From NCBI GenBank assembly GCA_019894715.1, contig JAGXOA010000008.1:6710-70709 (forward strand): DNA of 64,000 nucleotides. Direction: 5' to 3'. Positions 17,694 to 27,815 of the stretch are shown here, piece by piece (the stretch's first letter is position 1; every line of letters starts with the position of its first letter). Source of the stretch: Promethearchaeota archaeon. GTDB lineage: Archaea; Asgardarchaeota; Lokiarchaeia; Sigyniarchaeales; SOKP01. A program made the position numbers and the translations under genes. The notes under the pieces are model-generated. The model did no database searches. It saw only the letters and a program-made list of their open reading frames with translations, and had not been told where the DNA came from.

Positions 17694-19088
17694 TTAATTG
17701 ATTTTATATCGTGTTTTTTTTATTATTATTATAACAAAACTCATAGTAAAGATGCTAAATAATCCTATGATTATATATAGATCAAATCCAGGAATTCCGC
17801 CTGTTGAGTGAAAATACACCATATTAGAATCATATTTCAAAATAAATAGATTTCCAGCATTTTCTCGAGTAAGTTGTGTCAAACCTGTTAAATATATATT
17901 ATCTTGAGAATCTACTCCAATACCAAATGCTACATTAATAGAACCATCTCCTAAAATATCATACCATTGAAAAATTCCGGTTTGATTATATTTTAGTAAG
18001 AAAATATTTGTAGAACCTCCATAACTGTTTGTATATCCTGTCAGATAAATATTACCATTACCATCGATAATAAAGTCTTCAAGACTCTCCATCGAACTCC
18101 CTCCCCATGTAACATTCCACTCTATATTTCCAGATAAATCGCATTTATACAAGAATGTATCCACATTAACATTATCTACAATATAGAGATACCCTGCTAT
18201 ATATAAATTATTTAAAGTATCATTAGTCATAGAGGTTGGAAGATATCCGATTAGTTCATTCCATATTTTTATGGAAATCAAAGTTCCAGATGAGTTATAT
18301 TTTAGTAAATATGGATTTAATTCCTCACCAGAGGTTACATTTGTTGATCCAGTAAGGTATAAATCTCCTAATGAATCAAATATAATACCATTTCCACTAT
18401 CACTATTACTATTGTCCCAAATTTCATCCCATTGTAAATGACCAGTTGAGTTGTATTTTAATAAAAATGTATCCGTTTCATTATTAGCCCCATAACTTTT
18501 TGTATGCCCAGTTATATATATCTCATTTGTACCGTTAATAGCTATTTTTGTTGCAAGATCTGATTGAAGACCTCCCCAAATTTCATCCCATTGTAAATGA
18601 CCTGTTGAATTGTATTTTAGAATACAAACATCAAAATTATCTGAAGTATTATTATTTAAAAATCCTACAATGTAGGTATTATTGAGTTCATCAATAACAA
18701 TATCGAGTCCTCCGTTAGTTGTTAGATTACTCCATAATCTTTCCCAAATTAATGTTCCGTTTAAATTAAATTTTAAGAAACACAAGAATTTGGTAGAATT
18801 TTCATAATAACTTTGTGTCCCTACAACATAGCTATTTCCTGTTTCATCGTTTATTATATCAGTGCCTAATTCTCCAATAAGCTTGTTGGTATTCCCCCAT
18901 AGAGTAATCCAGCCAGAATTATTAGATTGAGATGTTTTTAATTGAGATTGGTTTTCTATATGTGTACTTTCAAGATCTTTTTCAATAATATTACTTGTAT
19001 AGAAATTTGCAGTATTAAAAATTAAAAGGCTACTGAATAAAACAATACAAAGTAATAGATAATTTATTTTTTTTTTGTTAAATTTCAT
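17694..19088 (-). CDS. secreted beta-propeller-repeat protein with C-terminal TM anchor
   Basis: N-terminal signal INYLLLCIVLFSSLLIF. Repeated blades of the type (L/F)LKYNS(T/S)G.L.W...W....D....I..D...N.Y.TG. C-terminal helix LYIIIGLFSIFTMSFVIIII. Confidence 0.65.
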   Translation of the reverse strand: MKFNKKKINYLLLCIVLFSSLLIFNTANFYTSNIIEKDLESTHIENQSQLKTSQSNNSGWITLWGNTNKLIGELGTDIINDETGNSYVVGTQSYYENSTKFLCFLKFNLNGTLIWERLWSNLTTNGGLDIVIDELNNTYIVGFLNNNTSDNFDVCILKYNSTGHLQWDEIWGGLQSDLATKIAINGTNEIYITGHTKSYGANNETDTFLLKYNSTGHLQWDEIWDNSNSDSGNGIIFDSLGDLYLTGSTNVTSGEELNPYLLKYNSSGTLISIKIWNELIGYLPTSMTNDTLNNLYIAGYLYIVDNVNVDTFLYKCDLSGNIEWNVTWGGSSMESLEDFIIDGNGNIYLTGYTNSYGGSTNIFLLKYNQTGIFQWYDILGDGSINVAFGIGVDSQDNIYLTGLTQLTRENAGNLFILKYDSNMVYFHSTGGIPGFDLYIIIGLFSIFTMSFVIIIIKKTRYKIN

Positions 19089-19419
19089 TGAATTATCCTT
19101 TCAGATTTGTTTTAGTAATATAATTTTTATTTGTTTAAAAAACAAATGGCATTGTTAAAACATAGTTTTATTTTTAAAAATAAAATTTATAAAAATTCAT
19201 TTGGTTTTTTGGATTTCTTATACATTAAAAGCAAAAATTTCTATAAAAAAAATATTCAATAAATCTGCTTAACTTTATTTTCAATAATATTAAAAAATGT
19301 GAAATATGTGGGAAAAATAAGGGAAAATTTTAAAGATAAATGGCTTTGAGATAAATTTAATATCTATAGATATTTTATTCATTTAAGATTTAATACATTT
19401 TATAATTTTAATTTTTATT

Positions 19420-20787
19420 ATGAAACAGATCTTCAAAGTATTGACAGATAATAAGGATTTTTATCCAAGATTATATAAAATAGCAATCCCCATAATTATT
19501 GATTTCTTAATCTCATCTTTGGTTAATTTACTAGATGTATTTATGGTTGGAAAGTTAGGAGAGCCTGCTTTAGCGGCGGTTGGTATTGGAAGTCGGTTCT
19601 TTTTTTTATCAATTTTATTAATGGTAGGAATTGGAAGTGGAGCTGCTGTATTTACAGCTCAATATTGGGGTAAAAAAGATATTAAGAAGATTAAACCAAT
19701 CCTAGGGATTTCTCTTACATTAACCACAATAGCATCAATAATATTTAGTTTAATATCATTAATCTTACCGGCAGAAATAATGGGGTTATTTACAAACGAT
19801 CCTATTGTTATAAATTTAGGTATAGATTATATTCGTATTTTAGGTATCGGTCAAATTTTCTTTGGAATTTCAATTTCATTTTTTTCAATACTGACAAGTA
19901 CAGAAAATGTAAAATTTACAATGTCATCAACAGCTTTGGCATTGATTTTTGATACAATCATAAGTTATTTATTGATATTTGGAATAGGTATATTCCCTGA
20001 ATTAGGTGTTATAGGCGTTGCTATCGGTACTTTTTTTGGGAGATTCTTTCAACTAATTTTAATTTTATTTTTTACCTACTTTTTTAAATTACCAGCTGCA
20101 GGAAAATTAAAAGAGTTATTTTCATTTTCTTGGAGTTTATTTAGAAAGTATCTTGATAAAGCAATTCCTGTTATATTGCAACATGTAATATGGGGTTTAG
20201 GATCAATAATGTTTGTTTATGTGTATGCACAATTAAGTACTGAATCAATAGCAGCATACCAAGCAGCTGCAACAATTGAGGAAATTTGTCTCCTTTTTTT
20301 TACAGGAATTGGAATATCTGCTTCTATAATGATAGGAAATAGAATAGGAGCTAACGAAGAGAAAAAATCAATTAATTACTCTGAGAAATTCTTAGTAATA
20401 ATATATATATTATCTTTTATAATAATGCTAATATTACTTTTGGTTAAAGATATAGTAGCAGGATTATTTAATGTATCTCCATTAAGTAAATCATATATCT
20501 CAAGTATAATATTTGTTTTGTCAATAGCAATTTGGGGAAAAGCATCAAATATACTTTTTTATACTGGTATTTTAAAAGGTGGCGGAGATACAAGGTTTTG
20601 TATGATACTTGATATAGGAGGTATGTGGTTAATTGGTGTCCCCATCGCATTTATAGCTGCTTTTACATTTAATTTTCCGATACATATAATTATAGCTCTT
20701 ATCTCAATAGATGAATTTATAAAAATGATAATAGGATATAAACGATTTTTATCCAGAAAATGGATACATAATTTAACCGAAAAATAA
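19420..20787 (+). CDS. MATE-family efflux transporter
   Basis: 455 aa with about 12 hydrophobic segments. N-terminal LYKIAIPIIIDFLISSLVNLLDVFMVGKLG is typical of MATE/NorM. Confidence 0.8.
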   Translation: MKQIFKVLTDNKDFYPRLYKIAIPIIIDFLISSLVNLLDVFMVGKLGEPALAAVGIGSRFFFLSILLMVGIGSGAAVFTAQYWGKKDIKKIKPILGISLTLTTIASIIFSLISLILPAEIMGLFTNDPIVINLGIDYIRILGIGQIFFGISISFFSILTSTENVKFTMSSTALALIFDTIISYLLIFGIGIFPELGVIGVAIGTFFGRFFQLILILFFTYFFKLPAAGKLKELFSFSWSLFRKYLDKAIPVILQHVIWGLGSIMFVYVYAQLSTESIAAYQAAATIEEICLLFFTGIGISASIMIGNRIGANEEKKSINYSEKFLVIIYILSFIIMLILLLVKDIVAGLFNVSPLSKSYISSIIFVLSIAIWGKASNILFYTGILKGGGDTRFCMILDIGGMWLIGVPIAFIAAFTFNFPIHIIIALISIDEFIKMIIGYKRFLSRKWIHNLTEK

Positions 20788-20858
20788 TCCATCTTCATTT
20801 TATTCTATTTTTTAATTTGTAGTCATATATGTATGCTCATTTTCAAAAAAAAAAAAAA

Positions 20859-21515
20859 TTAGTTCAGTGATTGTAACTTTGTCTTTTTTGTAATCCTAAT
20901 AAAAATAGCAAACATTGCTCCGGCAATAAAACCACCAATGTGAGCAAAATGAGCAGTACCAGACATTCCAAAAGTTGTTAATGCATAAATAAGTTCAGTT
21001 GTGAAATATATTATCATCAGATAGTATGCTTTAAGTATTCTGGGAATTCTATTTAAAATTAATTTTAATTTTATTTTTGGAAAAAGAATTCCATAGACAG
21101 CAATCAATCCAAAAACAGCTCCAGATGCACCTAATGAGGGAATATTATAGAAAACAGGAATGAATAGAGATGCTATAGCATGAAGTAATGTTCCTGCAAT
21201 ACCTGACAAAAAGTATATAATCAGAAACCAAAAATGGCCAAGAAAATTTTCACAATTATCAGCAATAACATAAAAAAACCACATATTCATTAGTATATGG
21301 ATAATATCACCATGCATAAACATTGAAGTTATTATTGTAAGTATTTTTTTACCTTCGAAAAATTCTTTTGGTACAAAGGCAGCCTCATAGATATACATAT
21401 TTCCTGTTGGATCTGTTAACTGTATTAGAAATATAATAATATTAAAAGCTAAGATAAACAAAGCAATATATTCTTTATAAAAAGGGATTTTATCATTTTC
21501 GACTTCAAAAACCAT
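20859..21515 (-). CDS. rhomboid-family intramembrane serine protease
   Basis: Motifs HGDIIHILMNM, GASGAVFGL (catalytic Ser) and HFAHIGGF (catalytic His). Confidence 0.8.
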   Translation of the reverse strand: MVFEVENDKIPFYKEYIALFILAFNIIIFLIQLTDPTGNMYIYEAAFVPKEFFEGKKILTIITSMFMHGDIIHILMNMWFFYVIADNCENFLGHFWFLIIYFLSGIAGTLLHAIASLFIPVFYNIPSLGASGAVFGLIAVYGILFPKIKLKLILNRIPRILKAYYLMIIYFTTELIYALTTFGMSGTAHFAHIGGFIAGAMFAIFIRITKKTKLQSLN

Positions 21516-21764
21516 ATTTAAACACTTTAGAAGTATTTATATATATTAATTTAAAATTATAAACTTATTACTATATCACTTTACTTTAGTACTTAAAAAA
21601 TCTTAGATTTTAATCGTTATCTTATATATAAAGTATTTATTTTTTTTTTTAGAACTATAGCTTTTTTAGTTAAGAAAAAAAATATAAAATATGCATCTTT
21701 TTATTTAACATAAGAATAATAAAATGATTAGTCATTTTCCTTAACTAAAGATAATTATTCTACA

Positions 21765-23219
21765 ATGACAAGTAATATTTTTGGTACATCAGGTATTAGA
21801 AAGGTCTTTGTAAGCTATAGTGAATCAGATCTGATGTTCACACCTCATATGGCTTTAGATGTTGGTTTAGCCTTAGGAACATATTTGCAAAAAAAAAATC
21901 TGAATAAGAATTTGGATGAATCCACTGTAGTTATAGGGAGAGATATTAGAACTTCTGCTTTACCAATTGAATATGCACTAATATCAGGATTAATTTGTGC
22001 AGGATGCGCTGTCAAAACATTAGGAATAGTCACAACACCTACACTCGCAATGTCACTGAATATTTTAAAAGCTAATGCCGGGTGTATGATAACAGCAAGT
22101 CATAATACACCAGAATATATTGGATTAAAAGTATGGAATCCTTCAGGTATGGGTTTTACCACTAAACAAGAAGAGATAATTTCAGAAATTTATGATAAAA
22201 AGGATTTTATAAAAACTAAATGGGATCAAATCGGAAAAGTAACTGAGATCAATGATTTTAATGATACTCATATTCAAGATATCACTGAAAGGATAAAATT
22301 TAATGGAGAGAATCTGAATGTTATCGCTGATCCTGGAAATGGTTCTAGTTGTGAGATTGTTCCAAAATTATTAAGCAAATATAATATCAATATAACAACC
22401 CTTAATTCCAATATGGATGGTAAATTTCCAGGTAGACTCAGTGAACCAAGTAAAGAAAATCTTAAAAAATTATCTAATTTTATTAAAGCATCAGATAATA
22501 CTGATATTGGAATAGCCCTTGACGGGGATGCCGATCGAGTAATATTTTTAGATGGAAATGGGGAACGTGTAGATCCAATTAGATTATTAGCTTTAATGGG
22601 TAAATATTATCTTGAGAGGCAAGGAAGCGATATTATAGATATAAAAAATAAGATTATTGTTACACCAATTAATTCATCTAGTTTATTAGAGGATGTACTT
22701 TCTCCACTTGGGTGCAAGATTAATCGATGTGAAGTAGGAGATATCAAAGTGGCTATTGCTTTAAAAGAAAATAATGGTTTTCTAGGAGGAGAGAACTCAG
22801 GAACATACATATGGCCGGATATTCATTATGGACCGGATTCAATAGCAACTATTGCAAGAATTTTAAAAATGATTGTAGAGTCTAAGAAGAATTTACAAGA
22901 ATTACTGAAAGATATTCCAAAGTATCCCTTTTATAGAAAGAATATTTCTCTCAAAGATGATATTCCTTTTACGAATAAAATCAACGAAGATATCATTAAT
23001 ATTATGAAAGAAACTTTTGAAGATTTAGGTAGAAAGATTTTAAACATAAATAAAATGGACGGTGTACGTTTTGATTATGATGAGGGGTGGATTCTAATTA
23101 GACGTTCTGGAACAAGTCCATATTTAAGAATTTCTGGTGAATCAAATATAAATATAGAAAAATCAAAAGAAATCAATGAGATAACACAAGAAAAAATGAA
23201 AATTCTTAATTTGATTTAA
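21765..23219 (+). CDS. glmM: phosphohexomutase (phosphoglucosamine/phosphomannomutase)
   Basis: FGTSGIRK, active-site loop ITASHNTPEYIGLK, metal loop ALDGDADR and GGENSG. Confidence 0.8.
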   Translation: MTSNIFGTSGIRKVFVSYSESDLMFTPHMALDVGLALGTYLQKKNLNKNLDESTVVIGRDIRTSALPIEYALISGLICAGCAVKTLGIVTTPTLAMSLNILKANAGCMITASHNTPEYIGLKVWNPSGMGFTTKQEEIISEIYDKKDFIKTKWDQIGKVTEINDFNDTHIQDITERIKFNGENLNVIADPGNGSSCEIVPKLLSKYNINITTLNSNMDGKFPGRLSEPSKENLKKLSNFIKASDNTDIGIALDGDADRVIFLDGNGERVDPIRLLALMGKYYLERQGSDIIDIKNKIIVTPINSSSLLEDVLSPLGCKINRCEVGDIKVAIALKENNGFLGGENSGTYIWPDIHYGPDSIATIARILKMIVESKKNLQELLKDIPKYPFYRKNISLKDDIPFTNKINEDIINIMKETFEDLGRKILNINKMDGVRFDYDEGWILIRRSGTSPYLRISGESNINIEKSKEINEITQEKMKILNLI

Positions 23220-23272
23220 AATTCGGTATTAAACATAATAAATTTAATAAAAATATTTAAAAAATGACTCTT

Positions 23273-24337
23273 TTATTTCAATAGAATATTCCAATTTATC
23301 TGTTTTTCTACTAAATTTAAAACCATTTCAATTTCTTCTTCTTGAATACCAGGTTCAATTCTTTCCACATTCTTTAAAGTTGTGTATGTATCAAACGGAC
23401 TTAAAATAATAGGAATATTCTTTTCATTAGCTACAGTGATGACAGAAGTATCAGGTTGAATAAATCCTGTTAATATTAGAACAGAAACATTTTCATTTAG
23501 AGCTGTTATTGCTAAATCTGCTCTATCCCCTCCTGTTATAAAGGCCGCTGACTTTACTTGTCTTAGATATTTTAGTGCAGATTGAGGCCCCATTGCTCCA
23601 ATTAAATATGTTTCTACTAGATTATTCATTTTAGGCGCAGTTCCTTCATTGATTAATATTCCCCCTATAGCTTCTTTAATTTCTGAAACCCTAGGTGACC
23701 ATAATTGTAAATTCTTACCTATAACACCAATAATTGGAATATTATATCTATTGATATGATTTTTCTCGAGTTCATGTATTCTAGCAAAATATTCATAATC
23801 AATTTCATTGAAAATTATCCCTTTCATTTTTATATTTCTGTATTTAAAATATCTATCTGTAAAAAATAAATTATCAATAGCTTTATCTGATGATAGAGAT
23901 TCAATGTATACTAATTCATTAATTCCAAGAGTTTTAGCTATAGAAACATCATCTACTCCCACTCTTACATATTGTTTTACACTTTGAGCACCTTCTATTA
24001 GAATATAGTCATAATCTTTTGACCATTCATCATATGTTTCTTTTATAAGTTGTAATAATTCTTCTTTTCTTTCAGCATCAATCATATCTATGTAATAACA
24101 ATCTGGTATAGATACAGGTGATAATAAATCATACGGTAGGTTGGAAATTTCCAAACAAGATTGTAAAAAATCAATGTCTGGATCTATTTTACTTGTTAAA
24201 GGCCCTTTTGGCGTACCAATGGGTTTAAAGTATCCTACTCTTTTTCCATCTTTATGTAATTTTTGAATTATTCCTACTGAAAGGAGTGTTTTTCCTACTT
24301 TTTCAGTTAAAGAACATAAATAAATTCCCTTTGCCAT
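23273..24337 (-). CDS. phosphotransacetylase-N-terminal-like protein (BioD/CobQ-like P-loop plus DRTGG domain)
   Basis: N-terminal LTEKVGKTLLSVGI and C-terminal FITGGDRADL (DRTGG-like). It sits directly downstream of acetyl-CoA synthetase on the same strand. Confidence 0.55.
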   Translation of the reverse strand: MAKGIYLCSLTEKVGKTLLSVGIIQKLHKDGKRVGYFKPIGTPKGPLTSKIDPDIDFLQSCLEISNLPYDLLSPVSIPDCYYIDMIDAERKEELLQLIKETYDEWSKDYDYILIEGAQSVKQYVRVGVDDVSIAKTLGINELVYIESLSSDKAIDNLFFTDRYFKYRNIKMKGIIFNEIDYEYFARIHELEKNHINRYNIPIIGVIGKNLQLWSPRVSEIKEAIGGILINEGTAPKMNNLVETYLIGAMGPQSALKYLRQVKSAAFITGGDRADLAITALNENVSVLILTGFIQPDTSVITVANEKNIPIILSPFDTYTTLKNVERIEPGIQEEEIEMVLNLVEKQINWNILLK

Positions 24338-24378
24338 TTTAATCCACTATAATTGATAATTAATATCTTTATTTTTTT

Positions 24379-26571
24379 TTATATTAAAGTTTTTGGTCTA
24401 ATTTTTTTTTTACTAATAGTTATTTTAATATCAACTGCACTATATCCTTTAACAAAAGAAAGTAAAGGATTTATATCTAATTCTACAATTTCAGGAAAAT
24501 CATTAACTAATTGGGATAATTTAAGCAATACATCGATAACTGCTTTGATATCTGAAGGCTTTTCACCTCGAACTCCTTGTAAAAGAATATAGGTTTTTGT
24601 TTTTTGTAACATTTTTTTTGCATTTTCTTCACTAAATTGATATGAAAGAGCAAAAGAAACATCTTTAAGGAAATTAGCATAGATCCCTCCAGCACCAATC
24701 ATTATTATTGGTCCAAATTGAGTATCTCGAGACATTCCTAATATTAATTCTGTTACTTTTTCTTGCTCTTTATAATTAATCATTTCTTGTATTTCAACAC
24801 CATAGATTCTAGCATTCTGTGGACCATATTTCTTACAATTATTTACTATTTGAATATAAGCCTTTGAAGCCTCTTCTGGTGTGGAAATATCTAATGCAAT
24901 TCCCCCAACATCGGTTTTATGAATTATTTGAGGACTTACAACTTTCATTACAGCATTTCCGATTTTTGGTTGTATTTCCATAGCTTGTCTAGGTGTTCTA
25001 GCCAATTTTGTTTTTGGAGCCTTAATTCCATAACATTCAAAGATTTTTACAGTTTCATAACTTAATAAAACTGTTCTTTTATCATTCCTAACTTTTTTAA
25101 TAATCCTTTTAACTCGATCTGTTTTACCTTCATATTTTTTTAAATTAGATGGTAATTCTGATTGTTGTTCTACAAAATAACTTCTTTTAATCATAGTTTT
25201 TAGAGTATGAGCAGCTCTATCAGGAAATTGATAACAAGGAATTTGGTTGTTCTTAAGAAATTGTCTTCCTTCTCTAATAGATATGTCACCTATAAATGAA
25301 CAAACAATAGTTTTATCTTTAAGATATTTCGAAATTGTTTTTTGAATAAACTTAGCAGCACGACTAGGATCTGTTTGAGCTTGAGGAGTTAAAATTATTA
25401 ATGCTCCATGAGTAGTAATTTCTTCTTCTTTTTCAAGAGTCTCTGAATCATCATCATTTATACCAAAAATAGTTTTTATAGCAAAAACATATCTTTCTGG
25501 AGGAGCATCTCCGACAATATCAACAGGATTAAAGATAGCTGCTTCAGCAGGTAAATTGTTCCGTAGTGTGTGTAGGATATGATCTGAAAATTCAGATAAA
25601 ATTAAACCTTCATTAGAAAATGCATCAGTAGCTACAATTCCAGGACCTCCTGCATTTGTTATTATAGCAAATGAGTTTTTTTTTGGAATAGGTTGATAAA
25701 GAAACACCTCAGCAAAATCGAATAAATCTTGTATTGAATTTGCTCTGATAACACCACATTTTTCAAATGCTAAATCATAAGCTGTATCTGACCCTGTAAG
25801 AGATCCAGTATGGCTAGATGCGGCTCTAGCCCCAGCTTCACTAATTCCTGATTTTAATATAATAATTGGTTTTCTTCTAGCTGCTTTTGGGACTACTTTT
25901 AAAAATCTTTTTCCATCATTAATACTTTCCAAATAGCAAATAATGACTTTTGTATTATCATCTTCTGCTAGATACTCAATGAAATCTACTGCTCCAAGAT
26001 CTGCTTTGTTACCTAAACTTATATTACAGGAAAAACCATAACTTTGTCCCAATGAATAATCCAACATACCCGTTAACATAGCTCCTGATTGGGAAATCAT
26101 AGCAATTTGACCTTTTTTAGGAGTTGCATGGGCAAATGACCCATTATAAGAACTACAAATAAAACCAAGACAATTTGGTCCAACAATTCTCATATTATAT
26201 TGTTTAGCCAATTGAATGATTTTATCTTCTCTCTCAACACCTTCCCCTCCTATTTCCTTGAATCCTGCCGTTATAATTATGATACCTTTAACGCCTTTCT
26301 TACCGCATTCTTCGACAACAGGCACTACAAATTTGCTTGGTATTACAAAGATAGCAATATCTATTTCTTCTGGGACATCTGAAATATTTTTATAAGCTTT
26401 TATACCTAGTATTTCATCGTCCCGTGGATTGATAGGATATACTTTTCCAGTATATTGAGAGTTTATAACGTTCTTTATAACGGAATTACCCACTTTTCCA
26501 TCCTTTGAGCTAGCACCAATTATTGCAATACTTTTTGGGTTAAAAAATTTCGAAATATCACTTTTTTCCAT
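24379..26571 (-). CDS. acd: ADP-forming acetyl-CoA synthetase (fused alpha-beta, NDP-forming acyl-CoA synthetase)
   Basis: CoA-binding N-terminus SIAIIGASSKDGKVGN. Ligase-CoA domain GPNCLGF, SQSGAM and phospho-His loop ASSHTGSLTG. C-terminal ATP-grasp KVVSPQIIHKTDVGG. Confidence 0.85.
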   Translation of the reverse strand: MEKSDISKFFNPKSIAIIGASSKDGKVGNSVIKNVINSQYTGKVYPINPRDDEILGIKAYKNISDVPEEIDIAIFVIPSKFVVPVVEECGKKGVKGIIIITAGFKEIGGEGVEREDKIIQLAKQYNMRIVGPNCLGFICSSYNGSFAHATPKKGQIAMISQSGAMLTGMLDYSLGQSYGFSCNISLGNKADLGAVDFIEYLAEDDNTKVIICYLESINDGKRFLKVVPKAARRKPIIILKSGISEAGARAASSHTGSLTGSDTAYDLAFEKCGVIRANSIQDLFDFAEVFLYQPIPKKNSFAIITNAGGPGIVATDAFSNEGLILSEFSDHILHTLRNNLPAEAAIFNPVDIVGDAPPERYVFAIKTIFGINDDDSETLEKEEEITTHGALIILTPQAQTDPSRAAKFIQKTISKYLKDKTIVCSFIGDISIREGRQFLKNNQIPCYQFPDRAAHTLKTMIKRSYFVEQQSELPSNLKKYEGKTDRVKRIIKKVRNDKRTVLLSYETVKIFECYGIKAPKTKLARTPRQAMEIQPKIGNAVMKVVSPQIIHKTDVGGIALDISTPEEASKAYIQIVNNCKKYGPQNARIYGVEIQEMINYKEQEKVTELILGMSRDTQFGPIIMIGAGGIYANFLKDVSFALSYQFSEENAKKMLQKTKTYILLQGVRGEKPSDIKAVIDVLLKLSQLVNDFPEIVELDINPLLSFVKGYSAVDIKITISKKKIRPKTLI

Positions 26572-27015
26572 GATGGAACAAGTTATTGAGATTAAATTGA
26601 TTTATAAAATAATTATATTTTAAGATATAATAGTTATAACTATCATATAATAAAAATCTTAAATATTATTGTTTGTATTATTTCTATTATTATTATTCAT
26701 TATGAACTTTTCTCACAATCATATCATCAAAAAAAATAATAAAAATATTAATATTTGTTATAAATTTTTATTAAAATTCATTCATCGTAATAAATAGACC
26801 AATAATTAAATTATTAATAATTCTTAACACACCATCTCTTTATATAAGATCTTTTCTCTTTTCTATCTCTCTAATAAATCATATCATTAATAAAGACTAG
26901 CATTGGAATTTTAATATTATTGTAAGAGGATTTCCCTCATTTGTGGAATAATATTCTCATTTCGAGAAAAATTATCATGATCTTTTATCTGTCATAGTTA
27001 GACTGAGACGACCTA

Positions 27016-27153
27016 ATGAATGCTAAAGTAGTCGAAAACGATTCTTTTTGGAATTTATTCGATAGAGGTAACTGGTTTTGGTCTGTACAAATAAGGGACA
27101 AGATCCAAACTTCGTATGAACAAATTATAGTAAAAAATGTTAATATTATTTAA
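27016..27153 (+). other. 45-codon micro-ORF inside Family-A copy 2 (coding status unproven)
   Basis: [45 protein letters not shown]. Same length and frame as copy 1. Confidence 0.3.
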
Positions 27154-27169
27154 CATTTTTACTTTTTTT
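27130..27169 (+). terminator. hairpin plus T-tract at the 3' end of Family-A copy 2
   Basis: Same stem-loop as 4078-4110, followed by ttttttt. Confidence 0.55.
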
Positions 27170-27223
27170 GATAACCTAATCAAAGCTTAATCTTATTAAA
27201 AAAAGCAAAATTTATCAAAATAT

Positions 27224-27700
27224 ATGACAATTATTAAGGTTGCAACAAACAAAGGAGATATAAATATTAATCTTTTTGATGAAGACGCTCCAATGACAGT
27301 AGCAAGTTTTCTTTTCTTATTAAGTAAAGAATTTTATAATGGGGTTATTTTCCACAGGGTTATTGATGATTTTATAATTCAAGGAGGTGATCCATTAGGA
27401 AGAGGAACTGGTGGACCAAAAGATAAAGGAATATCTTCATTTCCATATAAAGGAAAACAAATAAATTATCCTTTTCCTGACGAATTTCAATCAAGAAAAG
27501 TCTTTAATAAACAAGGTATTTTAGCTATGGCCAATTCTGGTTCAAATACAAATGGATCTCAATTCTTTATTACTCACCTACCAACCACATGGCTAAATAA
27601 TAAACATACAATCTTTGGTGAAGTTATAAATAATACAGATCAAGATATTGTAAACTCAATTAAAAAAGGAGATAAGATCAAAGAAATTACAGTTGTCTGA
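27224..27700 (+). CDS. ppiB: cyclophilin-type peptidyl-prolyl cis-trans isomerase
   Basis: Motifs FHRVIDDFIIQGGDP, GTGGP, LAMANSGSNTNGSQFFIT and HTIFGEV. Confidence 0.9.
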   Translation: MTIIKVATNKGDININLFDEDAPMTVASFLFLLSKEFYNGVIFHRVIDDFIIQGGDPLGRGTGGPKDKGISSFPYKGKQINYPFPDEFQSRKVFNKQGILAMANSGSNTNGSQFFITHLPTTWLNNKHTIFGEVINNTDQDIVNSIKKGDKIKEITVV

Positions 27701-27815
27701 TTTTTCTATTTTTCTTTTTATTACAAATTTTCAAATTTAAGTAATATTTTTTAAAGTGTGCTTTTGTATTTATTTTAGATATATATCTAAAATAAACACA
27801 AAAATTCTATTCATT

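Larger units (their letters stand above)
26721..27177 (+). repeat. Family-A conserved intergenic element, copy 2
   Basis: See copy 1. It carries a ~45-nt extra segment after the 5' block. It lacks the right arm of the 18-bp inverted repeat seen in copy 1. The 3' core and terminal hairpin are conserved. Confidence 0.8.
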
